64,000 bases of DNA, taken from contig JBHGNT010000011.1 of NCBI GenBank assembly GCA_043228905.1, forward strand, positions 14,322,001-14,386,000, in the 5' to 3' direction. A program made the position numbers and the translations under genes. Positions within the stretch are counted from its first letter, which is position 1; each line of letters starts with the position of its first letter. Positions 61,838 to 64,000 of the stretch are shown here, piece after piece. Origin of the DNA: Azolla caroliniana (lineage: Eukaryota > Plantae > Polypodiophyta). The notes beneath the pieces were generated by a model that saw nothing but the letters and a program-made list of their open reading frames with translations, made no database searches and was not told the DNA's origin.

Positions 61838-64000
61838 TCTCTCTCTCTCTCAATCTTATACCACATGGAAAAAAATAATTTTGATTGCACAAATTTTCCA
61901 AGTTTGACACACCAAATATTGCCCTTTGGACACATATGTTTGCTATCTCATGCAATTGTTAGAGAATGCATGAGACATGCATGGTGACACCCTCTACGTC
62001 AACACATCCCTCTACACCTTTTGTAGTATTTTCCAAGAGTTAAAATATCATCATCACAATCTCTCCCCGTGCAGAAGTTGCACATACACACAAAAATTCG
62101 TCATACTTTAGATTATAGAACATTGAATCAGTCAATCAATCATACGTAGAAAAAGTGGCCAAGTTCAACCACGTGGGTATACAAACCGTTCATTGACATG
62201 TACACTTTGCATATTATTTTACCGATGTATCATAGATGCTCTCCTCTCAATGAATATCCGAAATTCATATAATTGTTTTACAAATACTATAAGAGTAATA
62301 TATATATATATATAAACCCAAAATAAATGTCATACTTGTGTTGAAATAAAACATAAGTGCAGGCACACGTGCATGATCACGATTAATCGAGTAAATCATG
62401 AATGATGGAATCATAATCAACAATATTGCACAATGTAGGAGATTTTATTCTTAGAGACGTGTCTCTCCATTCCTTGCATCAAGGACGGTATCATTTTCAA
62501 GAGAAATTGTTCAACTTCTAAAAAGAACCATATCTTTTATGGAATAACACTTCTCCCAAAAAACCTAAAACAAATGCTTGAGATGGCTCAATACAATATA
62601 AATCCAAAATAATAGATGACTCGTAAGAATAAGGCCATGACGGCTATGCAACTCAATGAAGCATGCGTTTAAAATCTATATCAAATTTAATGTGCTACAA
62701 TAGTTACTACATGACTTTGCAATCACATGCGAAACATGTTTGCAATGTTTACAAAACAAATCCAAATATGCCATATGGTTGTTGACTCAAAAATTGGATC
62801 TTTGCAAGTGAAATACTTTGTTATGCTATTGCATGTATTTTATTACAAACTTTTCTACTCTTATCTATACTTGCAAATTTGTGCTTGGGAAACATCATAC
62901 ACCTAATATATCTTCTAAACCTCTTTGTATAAAGTTAACAACCTTCCAAATAGCTACATGAATGACCTTTCTTTGCAAAATAATAACTAATTCTACATCA
63001 CCATCACCTTTTGTTGTTCACAAATTCCCATGAGGTAAGTAAATTATACACAATGATGTTTGTAACTTGTAACCATGCCTCACATGCGTTACAAACTACA
63101 TTTTATTAACTTATGCGAAATTTTTTAAATGTCATGACTCATCCATCTTAAATTATTCATTGGATTTGTTGTTCGCTGTTATAGCTATGATAAGTTGTAA
63201 AACAATTACAATCAGATTTAGTAGGCATGACCATAAATTTAATGATTTGTACAATGCCCTCTTTCCTCCTTTACCATGTATTAATTTATGACATATTTCT
63301 TTCCCCGAGCAAAGATCTTTAAGACCATAATGCATTGATAAATGATCAACATTCCTATAATGATTGCCATATTTATTGGCCTAGAATGAGGTAGTACCGT
63401 AGTAGTGGACAAATGTCGAGCATCATTCAATACATATATAAAGTGGATTCCAACTTATTGTGCCCAATGGAATTATTGGATGTTAGCAGAGGGTCATTCA
63501 ATATATAAAGTTGAATCATGGTTATGCGGAGAATTTCAATGTGTTCAAAGTCAGACGAAGAACACCATAGTCAAAGAATCATTGCAATTAGGTGAGTTTT
63601 TCATATGTAAGTGGAAATGTTGGAGACACGAGGAGTGAATGTATTAGTGGATGAGAAATGTTTTTTGTGGGGTATATACTATACACTAGAAGCTTTTGTG
63701 GTTCGTATGGTTGCTAGACAAGATTCAAACCATTTTGATGGGTTCATAAAACCACAACAAGAACTTCAATGTGCAATTATCAACAACCTCAATTGCACAA
63801 GATGAACCATGAATTAGAGTACAATAATTGTTAGTCACACATATGTTTTCACGTGTGGTTAAGCTACACATGAATGGACAATCCATGCAAATCCATAATT
63901 CATTATGGCAATTCATGAGAAATATTTCTTAAAACAATTTACTTTATCTACCAAATTTGATGGAAATGCTTGACATGCACACAATAGTTTTTTGGCAAGA

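Noticed and set aside
63150-63920. Short ORFs at the window end as a gene or TE protein
   Set aside because: No motif I can confidently recognise. Probably decayed sequence.

Overview
Eukaryotic land-plant nuclear DNA with GT-AG introns. The LINE types and gene divergence suggest a fern or other non-seed plant, but this is inference. The first ~16.3 kb is a nested block of decayed LTR retrotransposons: three Ty1/copia elements, one Ty3/gypsy element, three solo LTRs and a hAT MITE. The rest holds six spliced host genes: MEA1-like, a RING-H2 E3 ligase with His/Pro repeats, a MASS/At1g80180-like MAPK substrate, a PIAL SUMO ligase, the RBM22/MAC5 splicing factor and a USP-domain RLCK-VI kinase. 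RTE/RTEX-like LINE remnants, a solo LTR and a young hAT element lie among them. The most notable pattern is that two unrelated solo-LTR families carry tRNA-like RNA polymerase III A-box/B-box modules at tRNA spacing, antisense to their Pol II TATA promoter. One of these families also has a perfect multi-unit heat-shock element array. Other observations are a head-to-tail LINE array that appears to target its own (CTTT)n tail, ATAC microsatellites at gene 5' ends, and two GC-AG introns. Coordinates were read by eye and no searches were run.
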